Notes under the pieces: generated by a model
Seen by the model: only the letters and a program-made list of their open reading frames with translations
What the model was told of the DNA's origin: nothing
Databases searched by the model: none
Origin: Lama glama
Taxonomy: Eukaryota
Assembly: GCA_028534125.1 (NCBI GenBank)
Contig: CM052823.1
Span: 62,682,001-62,746,000 of the forward strand
Reading direction: 5' to 3'
Length of the DNA: 64,000 nucleotides
Shown here: piece by piece, positions 24,605 through 37,538 of the stretch
Layout of the letters: every line of letters starts with the position of its first letter
Position numbering within the stretch: the first letter of the stretch is position 1
Made by a program: the position numbers and the translations under genes

Positions 24605-26587
24605 CTACGAAAGGGGGTTGCGATGCGGGTTAACCTCCCCGGAAAGACGGAGCCAGGTTTCCCCCTGCACTGAGCTCTCATCTCATGGGGCAGGGACGTT
24701 TCCACATATCTGTGTTTCACAGCGACAGACCGAACAACTTTTTACTTTGTCTAAGGAGGCCTATTTCTCTTTTGCATCTTAAATGAAAAAAAAAATCAGG
24801 TTAAAAGAAACGAACAGAAGAGAAGCAAAGGCTGGTTGGCACTGACTCATTCCAAGTGGTCCACAACGGTCTGTTCCCTTCAAAGAAGAATCCTCAACCC
24901 TTATGACAATCAGCTGATGAACAGGCTAACTCAACACCCTCGACGTGTGTGAAGTCCAGCTGCCAGGCTACTGCACCTTCTTCTGGTGTTTGCTCTCTTT
25001 TCTCACCTGATGGAGACCCACTAGCCGTCCTCTTGTGACTTTGAGATTAGTCAGTGGTTACAGCAGGAGTAAGGTCTCAAACTCACGGGCTTTGTGACAG
25101 TTTTACACAGAGAAATTGGAGCTCTGACTCCCATCACCTAACTGATGGGCATCGTCAACCACCTGCAATCTGACCATTGACATGAGGGTGAGACATCACT
25201 GGAGGGCACCCGCCTCTGCCAGGGATAGCGTGCACAGGGAACGGAAACCGAGGACCTCCTCGAAAACTCTGCTGTAAGGCTCACTCACAATGTTCTCTCT
25301 CGCTCATTTAGACAGGCAGGATTTAAGGAAGGCCCACTTATTCACACTAAGTGTAGCCGCGGCGTGCTCAACTTCCATCTTTGAAAAGCGAAGCGCTTCA
25401 AAAGAAACCTTGAGGTCCCCGCAGATAAAATAATGTCCTTATTTCCTGTGATGATCACAGCCATTATAACTGTAACACATTTTCTCTCCCTTCTGATCTG
25501 ATAAACTGTTTTCTTTGAACGGTACATATTTCTGGGTGTTCCTCTTCATTATCAAAAGTTTGCCTTCTAGGAATGGCAGGCGTTAGACGGAAAGAAAGAG
25601 CTCATCTTTCGCATTTATCACTTTAAAAGACAGAGTTGTTAATAGGAGGGAGGAAGAGCTTTGACTCCACTGACTTAAGTTTTCCAAAAAGAATGCATGA
25701 AAATTCATGTGCTGAGGAACCGAATGTAAAGCTGCTTTTGTGGTAGATGGTGCTTTAGACAAGCATGTGATGTGAACACCAGATGCTGGAATAGTATTTG
25801 CTGTTTATTTGATCTACAAACAAGCTGAATGCTTTGATCAGGAAACTTGGGAATGCCCCACAAGTTAAAAAATGATTATTTTTTAAATCAAGGAGCTTAT
25901 AAGAAAGCTCAAGTAGCTGTGGAAGCACTGCTTTCATTTCACAAAACGGTCATAAGCCTGTAACACCGTCAAGGATATACCATTTCTTATCTCCATCCGC
26001 AGACAGAGACGAAACTCCCATTCTGATTAGGGCTCGTACTGATTTCCATTTCTGGGTAACCCCATCCATTTCTAGGTAAGGCAGGTAAATGAGTCAGCTC
26101 ATCCCCAGATAAAGTAATGGCTAGCCGGCCACCCATCACCAGAGCTCAGACTTCTATCTCTGCTGGACACCAGGTGGAGCCTTTGAGAGACTTTATGACT
26201 GATATGCCATGGGCTCTTTAAAAACAACCCTAAACTGACCAAGATGTCTTTTAAAACTTAAACTGGTCGCACGGGTCTTTTCTCCTTGGATCCAGGACTC
26301 CTGGTGGACCGTCTCTCTGCTTAGTCCTGACCTGGGGCATCTGGCATCTACGCTTTCTAACTCCTGGGGCCTCCTGTCTTGATGTCTGTTGATGGTAGAT
26401 TACCCCGCCTCACACTTGACTGTCAAACTTGGATTTGTACTTGGCCTCTTACACTGACCCTGTCATGTTCTGAGCTTCTGACCATGTTTCCTGATGGTCA
26501 GTGCCTGCAACTTAAGGAGTGATGGTGGGATGAGTATTTCCAGCCTATAATGCTGCCCAGCTGGCCTTTTTCATAAGTGATAGAGCC

Positions 26588-26764
26588 ACAGTTCTCAGGT
26601 GAGGGTGGCTTTGTCCCCCCAGGTACATTTAATGAGATCTAGAATTGCGTTGGGGGGTGGTGCTACCAGAACATAGTACCAGTAGAGGCAGGGAGGCTGC
26701 TGAACATCCTACAAAGCTCGGGATGGCCTCCCACAATAAACCGTGCTGAGGCTGAGAAAGCTGG
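26588..26764. mobile_element. MER20-like hAT element
   Basis: gtagaggcagggaggctgctgaacatcctaca...gtgctgaggctgagaaa. Confidence 0.75.
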
Positions 26765-26989
26765 CAATAGAGATAGCTAGACTGAGTATCTGAGGTCAAG
26801 CTTACCTACATCTAAGTCTCTGGACCAATAAATTCGGATCTTCCCTTTCTTGGTTCCTCTCTTTTCTCACCCTTGAAAACAACTTAACTAATATGTAATC
26901 AGTGAAGGGATAGAAAATACTCCCTTCCAATTCCAATGTGAACTATTTACAATGATGGGGAAAGAATTTTTCTTATTTTAACCACTTAC

Positions 26990-27159
26990 CGTATCTAGAG
27001 AGGCAGAGGCTCTTAAGTCAGGTAAAAATCCAACCTCCAGCAAGTGGAGCAGGAAAGTCTGGTCCTTGATGCCATAAACGCGGTCCAAGAACAGCACCAT
27101 GGGTGCCTTGTGGTCGGGGCAGAAGTTGGCCGCCATATCCGGCTCATAGACTGACCCGT
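26990..27159 (-). CDS. RYR3: RYR3 exon 9/24, 170 bp: (D)[56 protein letters not shown]
   Basis: tttcag|AC acceptor, ACG|gtaagt donor. Confidence 0.96.
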
Positions 27160-27284
27160 CTGAAAGACACACGGAGAATGTCATCCCCCCCTTTCCTATC
27201 TCCACAGTCTCCAGTGGAACACAGAGCTTGTTTGTCTATGGCTTGTTCTCCTAACAAGAAACAGGAATCTGGGAAATCATACAA

Positions 27285-27765
27285 TGTTGGGCCAGAGTCA
27301 GCTTGCCTTGGAAGAGCTGATTGTTAAAATTTCAGGAATTCTGTGAGCCAGTTATTAGATATGCCTATTATTAAAAATTACAATTTGCAGTTAAGTAAAT
27401 TATATTTTAAAAGGCAACAGATACTCAACTCACCGCTTCCTAATTATCGTGCTATAAACTACATTCGAGGTTACTGACATCTGTTGTATTTGTATGTTGG
27501 AACTACAGTACAATAGGGTACTGAATGCATTTTCTGTTCAACTCCATGATCAGGGGCAATCCGTCAGGAGCCTGAAATTGGTGGGCAATTGCCAGTAATC
27601 AGGGCTTGATTTATTGCTTTGTTGAATGATGACAGAAGAAAGAGAGCGAGAAAATGTGAGGCAGAGTAAATTGAAAAGTGTGTCATGTTTGTAGCCATTG
27701 CCACATAAACAGCACAAAACTGAGGAAATATTCTTTCAGTATTTAGAGACTATTGTCTGATTTAG
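27285..27765. mobile_element. MER63-like hAT-Blackjack fragment
   Basis: gagctgattgttaaaatttcaggaatt...atcagggcttgatttattg...gaggaaatattctttcagtattt. Confidence 0.7.
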
Positions 27766-28234
27766 GTGAATTCAGATCGGACTGTACAAGAATTCTAACT
27801 TTATTCTAATAAAGAGGTCCAAAGATGGAGTGGGAAGATACCATGAAGAAAATAAACATTTCCTGACTTGGAGGACAAAGAGGATTTTGAAAGAGGATAT
27901 AAAAAGGAAAAAGTCTTCCTCCTATTATTTTGTTAAAACCAAAAACTAGGAAAGAGAGCCCCTAAATGATCAAGCTAAGTCATAGCATATTTTTTTTTTT
28001 TACAGCAAACAGTACTTTCATTTTACTATTAGTTCAGCGGATTTACATCCATTTTGAATGTTGGTTCCAGCATCCTCAGATATGATTAGATATTGGCAAT
28101 CCCAACAACACAGGGAAGTGTAAAGTTTTAGGTAGGTTACAATTAGTTACAAAGGATCTTAAGCCTTATCTCCCTATAAGGTTTGTCATATTAAATACTG
28201 TACTTTGTAAGGCACTCTGTGAGCTGCAAAGATT

Positions 28235-28900
28235 TGGTGCAGCCACTGTGGAAATCAGTATGGAGATTCCTCAAAAGACTAGGAATAGACTTACCATATG
28301 ACCCAGAAATCCTGCTCCTGGGCATATACCCAGAAGGAACCCTACTTCAAAATGACACCTGCACCCCAATGTTCATAGCAGCACTATTTACAATAGCCAA
28401 GACATGGAGACAGCCTAAATGTCCACCAGCAGATGACTGGATAAAGAAGATGTGGTATATTTATACAATGGAAAACTGTTCAGCGAGAAAAAAATGACAA
28501 CATAACGCCATTTGCAGCAACATGGATGCTCCTGGAGAATGTCATTCTTAGTGAAGTAAGCCAGAAAGAGAAAGAAAAATACCATATGAGATCGCTCATA
28601 TGTGGAATCTAAAAAAAAAAAAGAACATAAATACAAAACAGAAACAGACTCATAGACATAGAATACAGACTGGGAGTTCGAAATTTGCAGATACTGACAG
28701 GCATATGTAAAATAGATAAACAAGATTATACTGTATAGCACAGTTGCACAGGGAAATATATACAAGATCTGGTGGTAGCTCACAGTGAAAAAGAATGTGA
28801 CACTGAATATATGTATGTCCATGTGTAACTGAAAAATTGTGCTGTACACTGGAAATTGACACAACATTGTAATCTGACTATAACTCAATGACAACAACAA
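28235..28900 (+). mobile_element. LINE-1 3' end (ORF2 C-terminus + 3'UTR), relatively young lineage-specific subfamily
   Basis: LVQPLWKSVWRFL...TCTPMFIAALFTIAK ORF2 motif; 3'UTR closely matches the copy at 46150-46490; flanking near-duplication caaagattt(g/a)gtgc(a/t)gc. Confidence 0.92.
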
Positions 28901-29215
28901 CAAAGATTTAGTGCTGCTCAGCCCAGGACCTAACTGAGCCCAGGGATCTGTGCAGGCCTCAGGGAGAGCAAGGAGAAAAGACACCTTCCAGAGAGATGGC
29001 TGCCTGCTTCTCCTCCCCTGAGCACCAGGGGGAGCTGTTTCCAAACATCAGAGGCTGATTCACTCCGACACGCGGTGTTCTGAAGAGTATTTTTATGGGA
29101 TAATAATGAATGTCTTGTGTCCAAAAAGTTAAGGAAACACTGGGTTCAACATTTATTTCTCAGTGGCTTTATAATCTTAAATGTGCTTCCTGAAGTTACA
29201 AAAGGTGACATATTT

Positions 29216-32200
29216 AAGACTGATGTCACTGAGATGGGGGAGTAGAGACCCAGCACTGGTCCCCCAACACAGACCAATTAAATTAAACAGCTGTCCATGA
29301 ACAAAACCAGTCTGAAGAGAGTTCGAGAGTCCACGTAAGAAACTTCAGCAACATAGTGGGACAAAATATCTGAGAGTAAGTGCACAAAATGGGAAGGAAA
29401 ACCAGCTTCGTTTTGTCTGTACCCCTCCGGCTGGCACTGCTCAGTGCAGAGTGAAACTCCTCAGCTAGGCAGAGTTGCCCTTTGCGCGGAAGCAAGAGCG
29501 AGGTGGGTGACAGGTGTCCCAGCCTTCAGGGGCACCAAATGAAGGACCAGTTTCGGTTTCACCGCAGCCAGAGACTGGCAGAGCTGAGATGTCTAGTGAT
29601 GGCGAGGAACAGGAGGAAGGGCAGGGGCGACCAGTATCAGCCACACAGCAGAGCCACCATGGTTCCCAGGGAACTTGCTCGCTGAGGGCCCAGCAGCTTC
29701 TGCCACTGAAGAAACCAAAAGCCAGCACAGCTGCCACAAAATCCTGACTGGTTTTTGCCCCATAGGTCTTTGTGTTCACAGATGCCCAGCCACCTGTTCT
29801 GTCTCCATTGCCTCCCCACCAACGGCCAGAAACCAAGACCTGCACTGGCAGTCAGCCCCAGCCTCTGTGGTTGTACAAATACAAGGTGCCCCCTAGACCC
29901 CTTTGGCTGATCCCACTGCCGTACAGGCACTCAGGTTAGCTGTTCCAGCTGGATGCCAGCAAGCTGCCGGCCCAGCTCCCATCACTGGGCTCCACTGCTG
30001 TGCATGCATCCGGGTGAGACCCACGGCCACAGGAGTGCATGCTGACAGCCAGTATCTTTGATAAATATAGATGCAAAAATTTTTAGTTAAACACTAGCAT
30101 ACCAAATTGAACAGATCGTTAAAAGGATCATGTATCATGATCAAGAGGGATTCATCTCTTGGATGCAAGGATGGTCCTGGCATTTGCAAATCAGTAAATG
30201 TGATATACCACATTAACAGAATGAAAGACAAAAATCATACAATCATCTCAATAGATGAAAAAAAGCACTTGACAAAATTCAACTAATTTTTATGATAAGA
30301 ATTCCAATAAACTTGGTATAGAAAGAACACAACCACACATAATAAAGGCCATACATGACAAACCACAGCTAACAACATACTCAACAGTGAAAGGCTGAAA
30401 GCTTTTCCTCTAAGATCAGGGTCAAGGCAAGGGTGTCTACTATTTCCTCTCCTATATAATACAGTACCAGAAATCCTAATCAGAGCAATTAGGCAAGAAA
30501 AATAAATAAGAGGCATTTGAATCAAAAAGGNNNNNNNNNNNNNNNNNNNNNNNNNNNNNNNNNNNNNNNNNNNNNNNNNNNNNNNNNNNNNNNNNNNNNN
30601 NNNNNNNNNNNNNNNNNNNNNNNNNNNNNNNNNNNNNNNNNNNNNNNNNNNNNNNNNNNNNNTCAGTTGAATTTCTATACAGTAACAATGAAATATATGA
30701 GAAAGAAATAAAACAGTCCCATTTACCACAGCATCAAAAACAATAAAATACTTACAAATAAATTTAACTAAGGAAGTGAAAGATTTATACACTGAAAACA
30801 GTAAGACACTGATGAAAGAAAATGAGCACATGGAAAGAAACCCTATGTTCATGGGTCAGAAGAGTCAATATTGTTAAAATGTCCATACTACTCAAAGCCA
30901 TTGGTAGATTTAATGCAATTCCAACAAAATTCCAATGCCATTTTTCACAGAAATAGAAAAAAAAATAGTCNNNNNNNNNNNNNNNNNNNNNNNNNNNNNN
31001 NNNNNNNNNNNNNNNNNNNNNNNNNNNNNNNNNNNNNNNNNNNNNNNNNNNNNNNNNNNNNNNNNNNNNNNNNNNNNNNNNNNNNNNNNNNNNNNNNNNN
31101 NNNNNCATTAAAAACAGACACCGAGAGCAACACAACAGGATATAGAGCCCAGAAATAAACTATGCGTATATAGTCAACTAATATTTGACAAAGTAGCCAA
31201 GAATACTCAACAGTAAAAGGATAATCTTTTCCATAAGTGATATTGGGAAAATAGGATATTCACATGCAAAAGAATGCAACTGGATTTCTATCTTACACAA
31301 AAGTTTGAGTCACAAAAGTTAACTCAAAATGGATTAAAGACCTAAATGTAAGACTGGAACCTGTAAAATTCCTAGAAGAAAACATGGTGAGTAGGCTCCT
31401 TGACATGGTCCTGGCAATGATTTTTTGGATATGACACCAAAAGTAAAAATCAACATGAGGGACCTCATCAAACTAAAAAAGTTTCTGTGCAGCAAAAGAA
31501 ACAATCAACAAAATGCGAGAAAATACTGGCAAACCACATATCTAACAAGGACTTAATATCCAAAATACATAAGGAACTCATATAACTCAACAGCCAAAAA
31601 AAAAAAAAAAAGAAAAAAATACCAACTCTGCCCTCAAAACCTCTCNNNNNNNNNNNNNNNNNNNNNNNNNNNNNNNNNNNNNNNNNNNNNNNNNNNNNNN
31701 NNNNNNNNNNNNNNNNNNNNNNNNNNNNNNNNNNNNNNNNNNNNNNNNNNNNNNNNNNNNNNNNNNNNNNNNNNNNNCACATTGAGATGTCCCTTCACAC
31801 CTGTCACAATGGTTATTTAAAAAAAAAAAGGATAACAAATGCTGGTGAGGATGCAGAGAAAAGGGAATCCTTGTGCACTGCTGGTGGGAATACACACTGG
31901 TGCAGCCGCTATGGGAAACAGTATTGAGGTTCCTCAAAAAATCAAAAATAAAATAACCAAAGGATCCAGCAATCCCACTTCTGGACATATAACCAAAGGG
32001 AATGAAATCACAGTCTCAGAGAGATATCTGCATCCTTATGTTCACTGTGGCATTACTTACAATAGCCAAGGTATACAAATGAAATAGTCTAAGTGTCCAC
32101 AGATAGATGAATGTATAAAGAAAATGTGGTATGTACACACATGTCCCAACACCCCCACACCCCCCCCCACACACAGAGGAATGTTATTTATCTATAGGAA

Positions 32201-32694
32201 AGAAGGAAGTCCTGCCATTTGCAACACAATGGATGGATCTTCAGGGCATAATGCTAAATGAAAAAAGTCAGAGAGAGAAAGACAAGCATTGTATGATCTC
32301 GTTTATATGCTGAATCTAAAAAATAATTGAACCTATAGAAACAGAAGGTAGATTAATGGTTACCAGATGTTGGGGAAAGTGAAGGAAGTGGAAGATGTTG
32401 ACCAAAGGGTACACACTTTCAGTTATAAAGATGAATTAATTCTGGGGATCAAATGTACAGCGTGGTAACTATAGCCAACAATACTGTGTTGTCTGCTTGG
32501 AAGCTGCTATGAGAGTGGAAGTTAAATGTTCTCACCGTAACGACAACACAACAACAAATGGTAATTACATGAGGTGAAGGATGCATTCACTAACCTTACT
32601 GTGGTAAACATTTTGCAATATATATAGCAATATCATCATATTGTACATCTTAAGTTTATGTAACATTATGTGTTAGTTATAGTTCAAAGATGAA
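29216..32694 (+). mobile_element. Old LINE-1 (L1MA9/L1M2-like): probable 5'UTR (about 29216-30045), degraded ORF2 3' part, and 3'UTR; three N-gaps inside
   Basis: ORF2 RT-region homology starts at 30048 (PISLMNIDAK-like); L1MA-type 3'UTR at 32330-32690; degenerate TSD 29200-29214 / 32695-32709. The 5'UTR call is from recalled consensus and is less certain. Confidence 0.8.
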
Positions 32695-33427
32695 AAAATG
32701 TGATACATTCCACATATTTCCCCAACCTTACCTGACTCCAAACCCCCTGTTGACATGTACACCAAGTAATACCTTTTACAAAAATGTTCCATGGAACACC
32801 AGTTTGGGAACCACAGTAACAAAGTCACACAATTTTTTCAATTCCTCTATCTGCCAGGAGGACGCTGCCTGGACAGCAGGTGGAGTGATGTGGAAAAACC
32901 ATGTGCCTTTCGTAGAGTGGGAGTTTGTAAAGTTAACAGGGAGAGATGTCAAATGTCACAAGCAGTACCAAGGGAGAGCTCGTTATGACCCATGGCAGTG
33001 AGGTACATAGGTACCATGGCAGAAGGGAGCCTGCGTCAGGTCCTCTCCTTCTGTGGCTCCAGCTGGCTGACAATCTAGGGGACACAGAGGCAAAGAAGGG
33101 GGAAGGCCTGGCGGGAGTTCTCCCAGTCCATCAGCCTCCTTCAGGAAGGTTAGAGTTCAGAAGACAGTGAGGTCTGGACTACCAGAATTTACAGGGCACG
33201 GGGTATGGGAGACTTAATGCAGGAGAGACGGGGAGACAGGGAGATGGGGAGACAGCAGCCGGCTGGAGCTGGGAGGAGAGAATTCCTCATCACCAAGATC
33301 TTCACCTGTGCAGCGTGCGTGTCCCGCAGAAGAGGGTGGGAAGAGCCCTACACTGTGGACAAAGTCCTGCCATGAGCAGGTGGCCCCAGGGAGACGGGAG
33401 GACTCAGCCTTCAGCTGCTTCCCTTAC

Positions 33428-33548
33428 CTTTGTTCAGGGAGGGCAGCTTCAAGGGGATGCTGATGATCCCGACCAAGTCCTCAGTGGGGACCAGGGAGCG
33501 CAGGATGGACCTGATCCGGATGGCTTCCCCTTTTCCTGTCTGGATAAG
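33428..33548 (-). CDS. RYR3: RYR3 exon 8/24, 121 bp: [40 protein letters not shown]
   Basis: ttgcag|CTT acceptor, G|gtaagg donor. Confidence 0.96.
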
Positions 33549-34881
33549 CTGCAAGGCAGGTTTGGAGAGTGAGATAAATGAGGTTCCCACACTCCTGCTC
33601 CACCCCACCTTCAAACCTTTGGTGGTAAAACAGTTCTCCTTGTGGGGATGGGTGGGTACACGCCTACCTTTCCCTAATTGTTCTAGACACTTGTGGCCCC
33701 AGGGGAGAGAGGTGCTTTCTCCAGACTTCCTAGATGAGGTGCTTCCGAGGGAATAACCCTGGCCAAGGGGGGCAAATGGATTCCTTTGCCATGATTACAA
33801 CAATCATGCAGTCTTGGTATTAAGCCTCAGCAGCGAATGGGCAGCCCTTATTGGCTTTCAGCGTGACCACAATACTGGGAGCTCTCAACACGACCTAAAT
33901 GTTGACAATGTGGCCACAACTTGAGATCCTCAAGTTCTGCTGGATGTAGAAATGACTTATGAGTTGCAGTTTCCTGAAAGTGTGATTAATGCTGGGTATA
34001 TGGCACACACGGGGGTGTAGAAGATGTCAAGGCGAACCTGAGCACCCCAGGGGAGTTACCTGGGGACGGATGACCAGACCTTTACGGCCACGGCCATGAG
34101 ATGGGCCAACCCGCATGTACAGGTGCACACCCTCCTGGGTGCAGGGGTAGCAGGTATGCTTCTGGGAAAAGGCTCCTGGCCAATAATGGAACTGTCATGG
34201 GCTCAGGATCGAATCTACCCAGGAGGTAGCTGGATGGCATGGTGGAACGTAATGCTGGAAGGCCCAGAGAAAGGAGAACGCCTGTGTGTGACTCTAGCTG
34301 TCACCTCCCATTCCCGTGGGCAGAGGGGAGGCTGTCAGCAATGATGGCATCGTCTTTCCGCCTCACTCAGATTACAGGGGCCAGGGGAGGAGTGTGTGTG
34401 TATTTATGAAGTGTCGAATCAGAGGGGCAGTAAGCAGGGAAGAAAGTCCTTTCCAGGTGGGACTCTGAGGGCTCAGCTGTCACGTGCTGCTGTCTTCCCG
34501 GGACTACGCCAACTGTGTGATCTGCTTTCTGAAGTGATGACGGGTGATCAGGGGAACTGACCTCCCACCCCTGCCAAGACTGTAGGACACCCTAGCATTT
34601 CCCTGGCCCCCTTTATTTGTTCAAAGGCACAGAAATGGAAAGATGGGCTGATGTGGGTAAGGCAGTTTTTCACAACAGGAACTAGAATGCTAAAAATTCT
34701 GATCAGCCTCCCTTTTGAAGATTCAGACTTTCTTCTCTCCAGAGTACTTTTCTCCTAGATTCTTCCCTATTGGAATAGTTTCCCTAACCACTTGTAGATA
34801 GATTTGCGCACAGGCCACACACGTTTATTAGGTAAGATTATGACACACTGGAAGGAAGAAAGGTAGAGTGAATGCTTTAAT

Positions 34882-35120
34882 GCAGTGTCTTCCAAACTGC
34901 AGTCATGACCAATCCGTGGCCTGTAAAATCAGTTAGGGGGTTGTGACCAGCATTAAAAAGCATGAAATAGATGAGGAGAGAAAATATTAGAGTGCACTGT
35001 CCATAATAAGGACATATTTTGTTTCTGGAATATATGTGTAACTAGGTTGCAGTGCAAACTCTATTTCTCACTGTAATCCAAATACATTTTTTTTTTGGTC
35101 AAAAAGTTTGAAAGCCACAG
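34882..35120. mobile_element. Old hAT-Charlie MITE (MER112-like)
   Basis: cagtgtcttccaaactg and aagtttgaaagccacag termini. Confidence 0.55.
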
Positions 35121-36033
35121 CTTTAATTGATCCTGTCTTTCATTAGCATTTAACAAATATCCACTGTTACCTTGGCAGGGACTAAATCTATAACCTCATT
35201 AAAACCAGATACCATTGTCTGTATCACCCCGGTATGCACTGCAAGTGTTTTGGGCAGAAGCTCTGATATAATCCAAATGCAGTGAGCGCTTTGCAGAGAG
35301 GCAGGCATCTGAGTCCCGAATGAGCAAATCTAACAGTTCTTTTAAAGAGTTACCGAGTATTTTTTTTAAATACAAAAAGCTGTCTTGTCTTTTCTGTTTT
35401 CACACAAGCAGCAATGATTTCCTCTCTCACTTACAATGTGAGGTTTTATGTGAAATAAGACCAATCTCTCTCAATCCCCAGCAGAGATGAAAAAGGCAAA
35501 GGAAAAACATCACTTTTTAGTTCAAAACTAGGAGTCTGAGAAGACACCCCATAAAAATAGGATAATCTTTCTCAGCATGACTGCAAAGCTCACCCCTGGG
35601 AAAAGGAAATCAAACATGAACCATGGGAAGACGCTGCCTTCCTGATGCCTAACACCATGGTCATCAAGAAAAGATGTTCCACGTGGAGTATCTCAATGGA
35701 TGCAATCAAGCATCAAGTTGGTCACATGTGGACCAAATCGAGGCATCTGGAGACATCATTTTGGGAGGCTTTTGAAATACAGTATGTAGCAGATATGCCC
35801 TACTAGGGTCCCAGAGAAGTCACACAACACAGGGGTTTTCCCAGGAGTCATTCCTTAGAAAGTTGAAGAATCGGGTACCAGAGATGGAAACAACTTATGA
35901 TGTTGGCTAAAAGGAACGGAGAGAAAGGCGTGTTGACGACGCCAGAGACAGAAGAAGAAATGGCATTCAGGACATCTACAGGCTTTCCTGGTTCAAGCCT
36001 CTCCAAGCTGCCCTCAGGGAACTCATCACTTAC

Positions 36034-36145
36034 ATGCATTTCAGGAGCACAGCGGCCCAGCAGGTCTATCAGAGCCGAATAAAATGACATAATTGCATTG
36101 CCCATGTGCACAATCTCCTCTTCATCTCCACCGCCCTCTGTGCTG
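36034..36145 (-). CDS. RYR3: RYR3 exon 7/24, 112 bp (109 bp with distal NAGNAG acceptor): [37 protein letters not shown]
   Basis: ctctcag|CAG tandem acceptor, CAT|gtaagt donor. Confidence 0.94.
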
Positions 36146-37357
36146 CTGAGAGAGAACCAACACAAGGAGGTGTGAGGAAGCCTGGCAGGTGTGGCCACGA
36201 TATTAGACACGCTGTGGGAACACTCACTCTGCTCACCCTGCGCATCATACATCCTTTCCCCGGACACCTTCTCTCCCTCCACATGCCAATAAATTGGTTT
36301 AACTCACCATGCTCAAAGGACCCAAATATTTGTCTACAACATTCCTAGGGTCCCATGAAATTTAAGGTATGAGTACTGACGTGAGCTGATCATGCAGCCC
36401 ACACGCTCACGGAGCGGCACTGTAACCCCCAAAGCTCCTCCTAACCATTCCTCCCCCTTTCCTTCCTGAATATCCATGGAAAGACCTTGGACAAGGAGTC
36501 AGGACGGCCAAGTCCACGTCCTGACTCTGTTGCTAACAACCTCTATGACTCTGGGCCTCTGTTTTTCTCATGTCACATGAGGAAGTTGGGACAGCTTATG
36601 TTTTGGGTTCTATCTAACTCTATCAGATCACCTACCAGAATTCATGACCAAAAAAAAAAAAAAAAGCCACTGGCTGGAGAGTTGCTTCTGCTGGTTTTTA
36701 GCCCATCTCTAGATTCTGGGGTCTAACCTAGAGGCTGTGATAAAAGGGAAATGATCACAAGACATCATGAAAGGAAAGTCACAAGGCAACCCAATGATGT
36801 CCTAACTACCCTTAATCGTTAAATACCAAGAATGTTAATGCTGTGACTTTTCACATTCTGCAGCTTTCTCATTACCTAAAGAATCAAATCAAAACACTTT
36901 CAGAAGAGGAAGTGGAGGATCCTCCCTCTTTTTAAAAGTGAGGGACGAGATGAGACACCAAGGTTTTAAACACTGCAGGGAAGGGGCTGGGGTCAGTGAC
37001 CAGAGCCCTGCTGGTCCAGGCCTTCTAACTTCTGTACGGCCTCCTCCCGCGGTGATGCCACAGGCAGGGGCAGCGGGGCCGAAAGAGCTTGCCCTCTCCT
37101 CCATCTGCCAGGGGGCCTGAGTGGAGCAGGAGAAACGGAAGGGGGCTGAAGAGGATACTGATCGCTAAGCTTATGAGGAAAGTCAAGGTAACAACACGCT
37201 TGACAAAGGGATCTCAACTGTTTGAACCACAACCGCAAAGAACCCGGGCTTCCTCTGCCAGGGGGAGGTTACTGCCGCTTGCTGTGTCATTCGTGCACTG
37301 ACAGCATTTGGGAGCGCGCCAACCACATGGGGGCCAGAGGCAATTCCATTCACTTAC

Positions 37358-37538
37358 ACTTCTCTCTTGTAGACCTGCGAGGGGAGGTCGAGGGCTGGGC
37401 TCTCGGAGATCTTAATGGCGCCTTGCATGGCCGCCAGCAGACCGTTTCCTCCTTCACCCCGCAGGGCTGGGCCGAAGCACTCGGGGCGTCTGATGAGCAG
37501 TTTGACCACGACACTAGCATTTTCCTCCACACTTTCAC
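37358..37538 (-). CDS. RYR3: RYR3 exon 6/24, 181 bp: (S)[59 protein letters not shown](V)
   Basis: ccttag|GT acceptor, GT|gtaagt donor; conserved [18 protein letters not shown] motif (ORF track shows a different frame). Confidence 0.95.
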
